From a virus: a DNA stretch of 64,000 nt. The stretch is from the IMG/VR virus record IMGVR_UViG_3300025138_000013; one strand, given 5' to 3'. Of this stretch, positions 1 to 8,525 are shown piece after piece. Positions within the stretch are counted from its first letter, which is position 1. Each line of letters starts with the position of its first letter. Under the pieces are notes generated by a model, which was not told where the DNA came from, searched no databases, and was given only the letters and a program-made list of their open reading frames with translations. The translations under genes and the position numbers were made by a program.

Positions 1-1
1 G

Positions 2-217
2 AGTAGAATCTACGCTCAGTTAGCAAAACAGTTAGTGGAGAATATGTTCTCTAATGGAACTGCAGCTGCATACGGTACATTTGTAATGGAAGGAAATACT
101 GTTACATATGAAAGAATGACTGGGGAAGATGGGGTTGATTTCATACGATTAACAATTGTTACTGAAGATGGGACAACAACGGTTTTAGATATACCAGTTG
201 GTACAGGAAGCTTCTAA
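2..217 (+). CDS. csgF: Curli assembly protein CsgF-like, C-terminal part (5' end outside window)
   Basis: Frame open from base 2 (SRIYAQLAKQLVENMF...GTTTVLDIPVG); resembles the CsgF C-terminus; directly upstream of csgG. Confidence 0.75.
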   Translation, partial: SRIYAQLAKQLVENMFSNGTAAAYGTFVMEGNTVTYERMTGEDGVDFIRLTIVTEDGTTTVLDIPVGTGSF

Positions 218-220
218 ACA

Positions 221-1129
221 ATGAAAAATATACTAACAGTAGGACTACTAGTTCTACTCATGAGTGGATGTGCTAGTATTCCTAGCATGACAGACTCATG
301 TGAATCTCTTGTTATGTCAAGAGTCGGCGAGTGTATTGAGAAGGCAGAAGTAGTAAATATACCTACTTATAGAGAGTTGGCTGATTTACCACCAGCGGAT
401 ACGATGCCAGTTGTTGCAGTATATGCTTTCCAAGATAAGACAGGACAACGTAAGAGTAAAGATGGAATTGCATCTTTCTCTACTGCAGTAACCCAAGGTG
501 CAGAATCATTTTTGATTGATGCCTTGAAGACTGCTGGAAAAGGTAAATGGTTTAGAGTAGTAGAAAGAACAAGTCTCGATGCACTTGTAAGAGAACGTCA
601 GATTATTCGTTCTACTAGAGAAGACTTTGCAAACCAAGAAGGTAATGAAGATGCCCCAACAGGTATTCAACCTTTGCTGTTTGCTGGAATCCTACTGGAA
701 GGTGGGATTATTGGTTATGATACTAACATTGAAAGCGGTGGACGAGGCGCAAGATACTTAGGTATTGGTTCAAGTGTGTCCTACCGTAGAGATGTTATCA
801 CTGTATCGTTGAGAGGAATATCAACTTTAACTGGTGAGATTTTACTGAATGTACAGACTCAGAAGACGATTCTAAGTACAGGCGGTGGTTATGATGTATT
901 CCGCTTCGTTGATATGGATACGAAGTTAGTGGAAATGGAAGATGGTAAAGCAGAGAATGAAGGAGTTACAAGAGCAACTCGTTCTGCAATTGAACTTGCC
1001 GTCTTGGAACTAATATACCAAGGACACGATAGAAGTTTTTGGGTAATTAAAGATGGACATCGTCACCCACATGGAAGTCATGGTAGGAACGAACTACATC
1101 AAATAGAGGAAAAACAGGATGAAGAATAA
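221..1129 (+). CDS. csgG: Curli secretion channel lipoprotein CsgG
   Basis: Lipobox MSGC; CsgG motifs VAVYAFQDKTGQRK, FSTAVTQGA, WFRVVER, ERQIIR, LLEGGIIGYDTNIESGG-GARYLGIG. Confidence 0.95.
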   Translation: MKNILTVGLLVLLMSGCASIPSMTDSCESLVMSRVGECIEKAEVVNIPTYRELADLPPADTMPVVAVYAFQDKTGQRKSKDGIASFSTAVTQGAESFLIDALKTAGKGKWFRVVERTSLDALVRERQIIRSTREDFANQEGNEDAPTGIQPLLFAGILLEGGIIGYDTNIESGGRGARYLGIGSSVSYRRDVITVSLRGISTLTGEILLNVQTQKTILSTGGGYDVFRFVDMDTKLVEMEDGKAENEGVTRATRSAIELAVLELIYQGHDRSFWVIKDGHRHPHGSHGRNELHQIEEKQDEE

Positions 1130-1847
1130 ATTATTACTCATTATGTTAGCATTAGGAATGTCGGGGACAGCATTTGCTGGAGCTGATGATAACGAAGTAT
1201 GGTTACAGCAAAGTGGTACTGCATTGACATTGAACATAACTCAAAAGGGTTATGGAAACAAAGTTGGTGGTAATGACTTTAGTGGAACATCAATAGATAT
1301 GCTATTGACTGGTGCTACTAACAGTTTAACATTAGTACAATTCGGTGACAGTAACAAACTATACGGGCCTTTCATTGCAGATTCTTCAACAGTAAATTTA
1401 ACTTTTACTGGTGACTCTAACTCAATGGATTGGAACGTTGGTTATCAAGGTTCAGCAGATAACTTAAATATGTTAGGAGCTGTTACAGGTTCATCTAACA
1501 CATTTGATATTGATGTTGGATACGACCAGTCTGCAGAATACTTAAACTGGGACTTAGTAGTAGGTGGTTCAAGTAATGTATTCACTACTAAAATAGATAG
1601 TGACAATGCTGTTTGGAATTGGACTGTTACAGGTTCAACAAATGACATCAATACTATACAGGCAGACGCAACAGATAATAAAATTACTGCAGTCTTAACT
1701 GGTTCAGGCAATGATATAGATATCATTCAGAAATCGGGTTCAGATACAGGTTGTCCAAGTGGTCAATCATGTAGTGGTATTATTGATGTAAGCTTCGTGA
1801 CTTCTAATGCAAATATTGACATCGTTCAAAAAGACGATAACGATTAA
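1119..1847 (+). CDS. Secreted curlin-like beta-solenoid repeat protein (CsgA/CsgB-like)
   Basis: Signal peptide; repeated (Q/T)-x-G-x-x-N-x-phi-x-phi units (QKGYGNKV, QFGDSNKL, TGSSNTFDI, TGSTNDINTIQ, TGSGNDIDIIQ); follows csgG. Confidence 0.7.
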   Translation: MKNKLLLIMLALGMSGTAFAGADDNEVWLQQSGTALTLNITQKGYGNKVGGNDFSGTSIDMLLTGATNSLTLVQFGDSNKLYGPFIADSSTVNLTFTGDSNSMDWNVGYQGSADNLNMLGAVTGSSNTFDIDVGYDQSAEYLNWDLVVGGSSNVFTTKIDSDNAVWNWTVTGSTNDINTIQADATDNKITAVLTGSGNDIDIIQKSGSDTGCPSGQSCSGIIDVSFVTSNANIDIVQKDDND

Positions 1848-2946
1848 TTTTCTTCTGATTGGTTCACTTGCAATTGCAGCTGAACCAATTGGTGAAATAG
1901 TCGAACAGAAAGGATACGCGGGTTTACAGAGAGACGGTTCACAAACCATTCTCTCTGCATCCGAGTTACCCGATGTGCTGATGTATGATACAGCACAAAC
2001 CGTAAACGGTAGAATGAAAATCCAGTTCAAAGGAACTGAAGAGTTGGATTTAACAGAACATACCAAGGTTTGGATAGACGAGGTTTATTACGACCCCGAC
2101 CCATCCAAGTCCAAAATGGCCATAAGAATGGCCCAAGGCACCGCCCGATTTGCTTCGGGTTTTGGTGGAAAAATTAAGAAAGCTAACATAAATATAACTA
2201 CCCCGACTGCACAGATAACAGTCAACGGCACCGACTTCACTACAAGTATTGATGAAATCGGAAGGTCACTTGTTATATTGCTGCCTGATAAATGGGGAGC
2301 TCCTTCGGGAAGTATTTTAGTTAGTAATGCAGGCGGTGAAGTATTATTAGATGAGGCCTATCAAGCAACTATGGTTTCTACATATGACTCATCACCAACT
2401 AAACCAGTAGTGGTTAATGGGATTACACCCAGTTTAATTGACAACTTATTCATTGTCAGTCCACCCGACGAGGTGAATGAACAAGTTGCAGAAGAACAAA
2501 GAAGTAACGAGAATGATAGTAACAATGTTCTTGATGTAGATTTCTTAGAGTTCAATGACCTAGAAGAAAATTACTTTGAGGATGATGAATTAGAATACAC
2601 GGAACTCGACAGAGACTTATTAGATGTCGATTTCCTACAGGATTTACTAGATGTTGTCTTGGATATTGACCGTAAGGTTGGTATTGATAGAGAAGTATCT
2701 AATGCCTTCGGAGTGGTTCGTATTGACGGAACTCTACCAGGCTTTGATAAAGACACTCAATACAATACAATTGTAGACAAGGGTCTTGGTCAGATATGGT
2801 TCTACAGGGAAGTGAATGGAATTATTTCTATTAGACTCCCTATATATGCTCAAGCAAGTATTAGAACTATAACAGACGAAAAAGAGTCACTAATTAGGGT
2901 GGGTGATGGTTCGTCTCTAAATATCACCATCACACAAACAAACTAG
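1807..2946 (+). CDS. FecR-domain exported protein with acidic linker (start uncertain)
   Basis: Signal-like N-terminus, then IGEI...D-T-NG...L-EHTKVWID...GTARFASG...ITTPTAQITVNGTDF, typical of the FecR domain. Confidence 0.8.
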   Translation: MQILTSFKKTITINFLLIGSLAIAAEPIGEIVEQKGYAGLQRDGSQTILSASELPDVLMYDTAQTVNGRMKIQFKGTEELDLTEHTKVWIDEVYYDPDPSKSKMAIRMAQGTARFASGFGGKIKKANINITTPTAQITVNGTDFTTSIDEIGRSLVILLPDKWGAPSGSILVSNAGGEVLLDEAYQATMVSTYDSSPTKPVVVNGITPSLIDNLFIVSPPDEVNEQVAEEQRSNENDSNNVLDVDFLEFNDLEENYFEDDELEYTELDRDLLDVDFLQDLLDVVLDIDRKVGIDREVSNAFGVVRIDGTLPGFDKDTQYNTIVDKGLGQIWFYREVNGIISIRLPIYAQASIRTITDEKESLIRVGDGSSLNITITQTN

Positions 2947-2954
2947 GAGAATAT

Positions 2955-3101
2955 ATGAATATCATAGAAAAGTTCCGCTCATGGCATGAAACTCAAATCT
3001 TTGGATTTCAAAAAGCTATGAGACTAGATGACTACCACATGATGTGGTTGGCATTCGGTGAGGGAGTTGTCTTATGTTTATTATTTCAATGGTTATTTTA
3101 A
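2955..3101 (+). CDS. Small membrane protein (48 aa, not in ORF track)
   Basis: AGGAGA RBS; MNIIEKFRSWHETQIFGFQKAMRLDDYHMMWLAFGEGVVLCLLFQWLF; fills the gap in the operon. Confidence 0.65.
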   Translation: MNIIEKFRSWHETQIFGFQKAMRLDDYHMMWLAFGEGVVLCLLFQWLF

Positions 3102-3107
3102 ACTAAA

Positions 3108-3911
3108 ATGAAAAGAATTTTATCATTATTAATAATGCTTCCCTTGTTAGTCATTGCAGATGATGACAACAAGGTTGATGTTAACACTACTGGGAGTCAG
3201 TCTAATGATTCCCTAGTGTTTAATCTAACACAAATAGGTTATAACAACGATACCGTCTTTACAATCGGTGGTTCCAATAACACATTTCTAATTAAACAAG
3301 AAGGAAACAACAACGAGATTTCCTTCGTAGATTACTTTGGTTCGGGAGAAACTTGGGGTGGAGACCTCGATGGTAATAACAATGCATTACACTTCGAACA
3401 AAATTGTACTCGTGGTTCCAGTTGTGGTAAATCTGATATAGGATTTCACATTCAAGGAGATGGTAACTCAGTTCGATGGGGTCAAGGAAAGGTTCTATCA
3501 AACGCTTCAGATGAGACATTTTCACTCGATTCGGATGAGGGTGGTAATCATAAACTAAACCTAGACATTCACGGTAATAATAATTCAGTCGCAGGGTTTC
3601 AAAGAAATGGTGCTCAAAATCAATACTCAGGTCACACTGCAACCTTATACATCTATGCAAATGACAATTCACTTTGGGTGAAACAAGAGAATGATGGTGC
3701 AAAGACTTTAAACTACATTAGTAGAACAGATGATAATACAGGACATATAGTTCAAATGGGTAGTGGGAGTCACACTTCAACCATAAATCTCACTGGTACA
3801 TACCCATCAACTTTAAATTTATTGCAAAACTCAAGTACAAATCAATCATATACACTCACACAAAACTGCGTTACAGTAGGTGGATGTAGTGTTACAATAA
3901 CTCAAGAGTAA
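3108..3911 (+). CDS. Second secreted curlin-like repeat protein
   Basis: Signal peptide; QIGYNN, QEGNNNEI, QGDGNSV, HGNNNSV, QMGSGSH curlin-type repeats; Asn/Gln/Gly rich. Confidence 0.72.
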   Translation: MKRILSLLIMLPLLVIADDDNKVDVNTTGSQSNDSLVFNLTQIGYNNDTVFTIGGSNNTFLIKQEGNNNEISFVDYFGSGETWGGDLDGNNNALHFEQNCTRGSSCGKSDIGFHIQGDGNSVRWGQGKVLSNASDETFSLDSDEGGNHKLNLDIHGNNNSVAGFQRNGAQNQYSGHTATLYIYANDNSLWVKQENDGAKTLNYISRTDDNTGHIVQMGSGSHTSTINLTGTYPSTLNLLQNSSTNQSYTLTQNCVTVGGCSVTITQE

Positions 3912-5770
3912 TGTACTCTTGGAAAGCGTGTCTTGTTACGATACTTGCCCTCTTTGCATTAAAGGTTACTAATCCTTATTTCATAGAGAACATATCTTGG
4001 ACATGGTTCGATTACTTACATCAACAACAAGGAGAATTTTATGTGGATGACATCGTTCTTGTCGACATCGACGAGAAGTCTCTTGAAACTTTTGGACAAT
4101 ATCCTATACGTCGTGGTATTTACCGTGACCTTCTTCTTGATACCCATTATAGCAATACTCATATTTTTGGTATGTTATTTTCTAAACCCGACAGAGACCC
4201 CACACAAGACGCGATATTTGCAGAGGGATTAGTCAACCGTCTCACAATCCTTGGAGCTGCTCCAACATCACAAACTCAAAAAGGTTCTGCACCATTCGTA
4301 GGTAACTCAACGTTTGGGGGTGGTAATCCTAAAGATTTTCTGTGGAACTTCGATGGAATTGTATCGCCCATCGCGATGCTGAAAGATAATACTTATGGGG
4401 TTGGAGTTGTGACGGCTACTCCAGCTGTCACTGGAACACCAAATTTTGATGGGACTACGCGGTCTGTACCCCTATTGGTTACGGCAAACGATGAAGTATA
4501 TCCCTCACTAATGTTAGAAGCTTTACGAGCCTTACGTAACGAACCAAGTTATCAAACTAAAATTACTCCCGAGACTGGTGTAGAGTGGGTTCGGATGGGA
4601 AGAGACAAACCGATAACCACCACTCCAACCAGTGATGTAATGATATCCTATTGGAACAAATTCCATAGAATTTCTGCAGTAGACTTACCCGATTCTAATT
4701 TCGAGAATAAAATACTTGTATGGGGTTTGACTGCAGAGGGTTTGAATAATCCAGTTTCAACCCCAAGGGGAGTAATGTATCCCCATGAAGTGCAAGCGAA
4801 CCTGCTCCAAACCGTTTTGACAGGAGTTCAAATACAACAATCCTACTATCTTGAATCACTAGAGTCTGTTCTTCTTCTGTTAGTTCTGCTAATGATAGTT
4901 GCGATGGTTTACAAGCTTCCCACAGTTCTTTCGGGGACAGGGTTTCTATTACTTGTAGTATGCCAGATTGGCGGGAGTTATTATATTTGGACTTCAGAGC
5001 TCGTTCTTTTCGATACCTTCTTTTCATCGTTGGCCTCCTTAGTAGTTTTCGGTCATGCTTCGTTCAACAAATACTATGTGACTTTCCAAGAAAAGCAACA
5101 AATAAAGAAGCAGTTCCAAAAGTATTTATCTCCCGACATGATTGAAGAGCTACAAAAACACCCCGAAAAATTGAGACTTGGTGGAGATAGAAAGGAGATG
5201 ACCTTCATGTTTATGGACATCATCGGATTCACTCCTATAAGCGAACATTACATGAAACAGGATGACCCCGAAGGATTAGTAGAATTGATTAACAAATTCC
5301 TTGATATGCAGACTAAGATAATCCTAAATAATGGTGGAACCATCGACAAGTACATGGGCGATTGTATAATGAGTTTTTGGAATGCTCCTATGGAGTGTAA
5401 GAACCATGCAGACCTTGCCGTTAAATCAGCACTGGAAGTGCTAGAAGCAACAAAGGAATTAAATGAAGAACTTAAACCTCTCGAACTGCCTCCTATTAAT
5501 GTTGGGATTGGTATCTCTACAGGCGAATGCATCGTTGGAAACATGGGGTCAGAACTTAGATTTGACTATTCCGTCATTGGAGATGCAGTTAACCTCGGAG
5601 CTAGACTCGAAGGACAAACGAGAAATTATGATGGGGTGGACTTGTTGTTATCACAAAGAACTTATAAACAGTGTAAGGTTGGAGCATACATTGAAGTCGA
5701 TAGAATACACGTCAAGGGGAAAAGTGAAAAGGTCACTATCTACACTCCAATTAAAGGAACCCATAACTGA
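3911..5770 (+). CDS. CHASE2-domain membrane adenylate cyclase (class III)
   Basis: N-terminal TM, CHASE2 (IVLVDIDEKSL..GQYP..R; TPRGVMYPHEVQA), 3 TMs, cyclase core FMDIIGFT, IDKYMGDCIM, GNMGS..RFDYSVIGDAVNLGARLEG. Confidence 0.93.
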   Translation: MYSWKACLVTILALFALKVTNPYFIENISWTWFDYLHQQQGEFYVDDIVLVDIDEKSLETFGQYPIRRGIYRDLLLDTHYSNTHIFGMLFSKPDRDPTQDAIFAEGLVNRLTILGAAPTSQTQKGSAPFVGNSTFGGGNPKDFLWNFDGIVSPIAMLKDNTYGVGVVTATPAVTGTPNFDGTTRSVPLLVTANDEVYPSLMLEALRALRNEPSYQTKITPETGVEWVRMGRDKPITTTPTSDVMISYWNKFHRISAVDLPDSNFENKILVWGLTAEGLNNPVSTPRGVMYPHEVQANLLQTVLTGVQIQQSYYLESLESVLLLLVLLMIVAMVYKLPTVLSGTGFLLLVVCQIGGSYYIWTSELVLFDTFFSSLASLVVFGHASFNKYYVTFQEKQQIKKQFQKYLSPDMIEELQKHPEKLRLGGDRKEMTFMFMDIIGFTPISEHYMKQDDPEGLVELINKFLDMQTKIILNNGGTIDKYMGDCIMSFWNAPMECKNHADLAVKSALEVLEATKELNEELKPLELPPINVGIGISTGECIVGNMGSELRFDYSVIGDAVNLGARLEGQTRNYDGVDLLLSQRTYKQCKVGAYIEVDRIHVKGKSEKVTIYTPIKGTHN

Positions 5771-6062
5771 TTTTCAATGGGGTACATTTGTATCACTTCA
5801 ACTTCTTGATATGTACACTACCTATAAAGGATTGCAATACGATTGTGTATTTGAAACGAATCCTCTCTTTGGTGAAAGACCTTCAGTAATGACAATGGGT
5901 GTAAGAAAGATTGTTATACTTGCCCCAGCAATAGTTTCTGAACAGAACAATCAAACATTAAGTATAGAAGACATGAGAGATATTAACCTTCTTATGGGTT
6001 TAGTTGTCCTTAACAATGCAAGTATTTCAAACAAATCATCAAAAAGATGCAATAAATTGTAA
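5724..6062 (+). CDS. Hypothetical membrane protein (start uncertain; GTG at 5724 chosen)
   Basis: 3' part of track ORF 5463..6062; LQLLDMYTTYKGL...ETNPLFG motif and hydrophobic segments. Confidence 0.5.
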   Translation: MKRSLSTLQLKEPITDFQWGTFVSLQLLDMYTTYKGLQYDCVFETNPLFGERPSVMTMGVRKIVILAPAIVSEQNNQTLSIEDMRDINLLMGLVVLNNASISNKSSKRCNKL

Positions 6063-6068
6063 AAACCC

Positions 6069-6096
6069 CTTGAAATTTCTAAATCAGTCCCCATAT
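6069..6096 (+). promoter_or_regulatory. Sigma32 (RpoH)-type heat-shock promoter of hsp20
   Basis: CTTGAAA (6069-6075), 13-nt spacer, CCCCATAT (6089-6096): matches the proteobacterial sigma32 consensus. Confidence 0.85.
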
Positions 6097-6112
6097 ATGC
6101 TATATATACTAT

Positions 6113-6169
6113 TGTAATTGCCTTCGGGGATTACATAACATAACTTGCTTAATAAAGGAGAAAACTATG
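6113..6169 (+). promoter_or_regulatory. ROSE-like RNA thermometer in hsp20 5' UTR
   Basis: Hairpin TGTAAT..ccTTCGgg..ATTACA (6113-6135), then CTTGCT (6144-6149) able to pair with SD AGGAG (6156-6160) with a bulged G, the U(U/C)GCU ROSE hallmark. Confidence 0.75.
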
Positions 6170-6604
6170 ACAAGTAAACAGCTCGGAGACTTCGATGTCT
6201 TCAATTTCGGGAAATCATTCCCATTCGCAATCGGGTTCGACAGAACTCTTCAACTATTAGAACGTGCCAATCAGTCACCGACTAATACAAACTATCCACC
6301 TTACAATATTGTAAAACACGATGCAGAGAACTTCAGTATCGAACTTGCATTAGCTGGATTTGATAAAAAGGACATCACAATCTCAAAAGAGAAAGAGGTT
6401 CTTAATATCGAAGGTAAACAAAAGGAAGGGGAAAACCTTGAGTACGTCCATAGAGGACTTGCAGCTCGTTCATTCAAAAGAACATTCACACTTGCAGACG
6501 ACATTGTCGTTAAAGGTGCAGACATGAAGAATGGTATTTTGAGTGTATCTTTGGAAAGGATTATACCCGAAGAAGATAAACCCCAAAAAATCAAAATTTC
6601 TTAA
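6167..6604 (+). CDS. hsp20: Small heat-shock protein Hsp20 (IbpA-like)
   Basis: IGFDR, NYPPYNI, IELALAGF, YVHRGLAARSFKRTFTLAD, ADMKNGIL. Confidence 0.95.
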   Translation: MTSKQLGDFDVFNFGKSFPFAIGFDRTLQLLERANQSPTNTNYPPYNIVKHDAENFSIELALAGFDKKDITISKEKEVLNIEGKQKEGENLEYVHRGLAARSFKRTFTLADDIVVKGADMKNGILSVSLERIIPEEDKPQKIKIS

Positions 6605-6617
6605 CAAAGCCTCTTAC

Positions 6618-6652
6618 AGATACACCTGTTATGTTATATAATAGGTGTATCT
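6618..6652 (+). terminator. 15-bp inverted repeat after hsp20; probable terminator that also contains a TATAAT box
   Basis: AGATACACCTGTTAT / ATAATAGGTGTATCT with one G-T pair. Confidence 0.55.
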
Positions 6653-6675
6653 ATTATTATGGAGTATAGATTATT

Positions 6676-7203
6676 ATGACAGAAGAAAGAAGAATGGGAT
6701 TAGAAATTATCGAAGGGGAAACTAAAGTACCCGAAGTAGTCCTACCTCAGAGAATTGATGGTGAATTCGTAACACTAGACACACAACAACAGTTTGCTGG
6801 TAAAAGAGTAATTGTATTTGGTTTGCCTGGCGCATTCACTCCAACATGTTCAACACAACAATTGCCTAGCTTTGATGAGAGATTTGAAGAGTTTAGAGAA
6901 AAGGGAATTGATGAGATTTATTGTGTATCAGTGAATGATACATTCGTAATGAACTCATGGTTCGAATCATTAGGTATCAAAAATGTTTACCCTCTTCCCG
7001 ATGGTAACGGTGAGTTTACTCACTTGATTGGTGCAGAATGTTCTAAATCAAATCTTGGTTTTGGATATAGGTCTTGGAGATATGCAGTTGTAATCAACGA
7101 TGGTGTAATTGAAAAAGCATTCATTGAAGATGGCTATCAAGACAATGCAGAGTCCGACCCTTATGAGACTTCAAGCCCAGAAAATATATTGAAAAATCTT
7201 TAG
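6676..7203 (+). CDS. Peroxiredoxin (Prx5/type II family)
   Basis: FGLPGAFTPTCS, CVSVNDTFVM, PDGNGEFT, RSWRYA. Confidence 0.93.
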   Translation: MTEERRMGLEIIEGETKVPEVVLPQRIDGEFVTLDTQQQFAGKRVIVFGLPGAFTPTCSTQQLPSFDERFEEFREKGIDEIYCVSVNDTFVMNSWFESLGIKNVYPLPDGNGEFTHLIGAECSKSNLGFGYRSWRYAVVINDGVIEKAFIEDGYQDNAESDPYETSSPENILKNL

Positions 7204-7211
7204 AAATCGCC

Positions 7212-7241
7212 TTGACAGAGTTGTGCTAAATATAGTATAAT
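7212..7241 (+). promoter_or_regulatory. Sigma70-type early promoter of the methyltransferase
   Basis: TTGACA-N18-TATAAT; ATG 6 nt after the -10 box. Confidence 0.75.
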
Positions 7242-7247
7242 GGAGTC

Positions 7248-8525
7248 ATGATGAGTGATAATAAATATTTTCAATACAATCTAGAAGACCTTCACCGTAA
7301 CAGTGAAAGTAAACAGTTTAATTACATTACTTTCTTTGCAGGCGGTGGTGGTTCTTCATGTGGTTACAAACTAGCAGGTGGTGACGTTCGTTACATGAAC
7401 GAGTTCCAACAGTTACATGTTGACACCTACCTAGAAAACTTCCCTAACACAGTACATGAATGTAGAGACATCAAAGAAGTCACTGCAGAAGGTATCATGG
7501 AGCTTAGTGGACTTAAGAAATACGAATTAGATATCATGGATGGGTCACCACCTTGTCCACCATTTTCTATGGCAGGTTCCAAGAAAGAAGGATGGAACCA
7601 AGAGAAGATGGCATATGGTATGAAGCAACAGAACATTGAAGACCTAACATGGGAAATGATTAGGATTGCCGAAGGGTTAATGCCTAAAGTTATAATATGT
7701 GAGAACGTGAAAGGTCTTTCAATGGACTATGCAAGAGACCATCTAAACAGGATGGTAAACGATTTCGAAGCACTAGGATACTCAGTGACTTGGAAAATCA
7801 TGAAGGGACATCAGCATGGTGTACCTCAGAAGAGAGAAAGAGTATTCATGGTTGGTGTACGTGACGATGTACTTGAAGGTATTGGAATGCCTTGGATGTG
7901 CATGTCATCTGTATTCCCCGACCCAGTAAAAGAATTTGCATCTATAGAAGATGCAATCCATGATTTAGAAACCGATGAAGATAACATGAAAGATGCAGCT
8001 TATCTAGAGACTGCCATGGACGATTCTTCAAAAGGTCATTGGGTAAATGGATTTGATGTTCATCCCGATGAAAAGTTTGAAGGTTGTGTTCCATGTAAAG
8101 GTCTTACACCAGTATTAAAAGAAAGAGACAACCAAGCATATACCTCTATTGGAGACCATATTGTAAAACCATGGTTCCAAGAGAACATTGCACTAGGACA
8201 TATCAAACCCGAAGATGAGAAACATTCTTACTATATGTCAAGAATAGTTCCTAAACATCTACCAGCTCATTCATTGACTGAACAAGGTTGTCAACCTAAG
8301 TTTATGGGTGGTAATCATTTCCACCACAGTGGTAAAAGAATTTACACACCAAAAGAAATGGTAAGATTAATGACTCTACCAAACGACTATAAAATGACTG
8401 GTGATTACAATGATAAAGGTGCAAGAATAGGATTGATGGTAGCACCATTGTGTATGTACTACTTAGTTGAAAACATTAAAGGACAAATATTAGAACCATG
8501 GAATTCACTGCAACAAAAGACTTAG
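7248..8525 (+). CDS. DNA (cytosine-5)-methyltransferase
   Basis: Motif I FFAGGGG, IV GSPPCPPFS, VI ENVKG, VIII PQKRERVF. Confidence 0.93.
   Translation: MMSDNKYFQYNLEDLHRNSESKQFNYITFFAGGGGSSCGYKLAGGDVRYMNEFQQLHVDTYLENFPNTVHECRDIKEVTAEGIMELSGLKKYELDIMDGSPPCPPFSMAGSKKEGWNQEKMAYGMKQQNIEDLTWEMIRIAEGLMPKVIICENVKGLSMDYARDHLNRMVNDFEALGYSVTWKIMKGHQHGVPQKRERVFMVGVRDDVLEGIGMPWMCMSSVFPDPVKEFASIEDAIHDLETDEDNMKDAAYLETAMDDSSKGHWVNGFDVHPDEKFEGCVPCKGLTPVLKERDNQAYTSIGDHIVKPWFQENIALGHIKPEDEKHSYYMSRIVPKHLPAHSLTEQGCQPKFMGGNHFHHSGKRIYTPKEMVRLMTLPNDYKMTGDYNDKGARIGLMVAPLCMYYLVENIKGQILEPWNSLQQKT

Noticed and set aside
5463-5723. 5' extension of ORF 5463..6062
   Set aside because: Overlaps the conserved cyclase catalytic core by about 300 nt; a later start is more plausible.
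1-7203. Interpretation as bacterial chromosome or host contamination because of csg, cyclase, hsp20 and peroxiredoxin genes
   Set aside because: Same composition, motif avoidance and gene packing as the adjoining T4-like core genes, with no junction visible.
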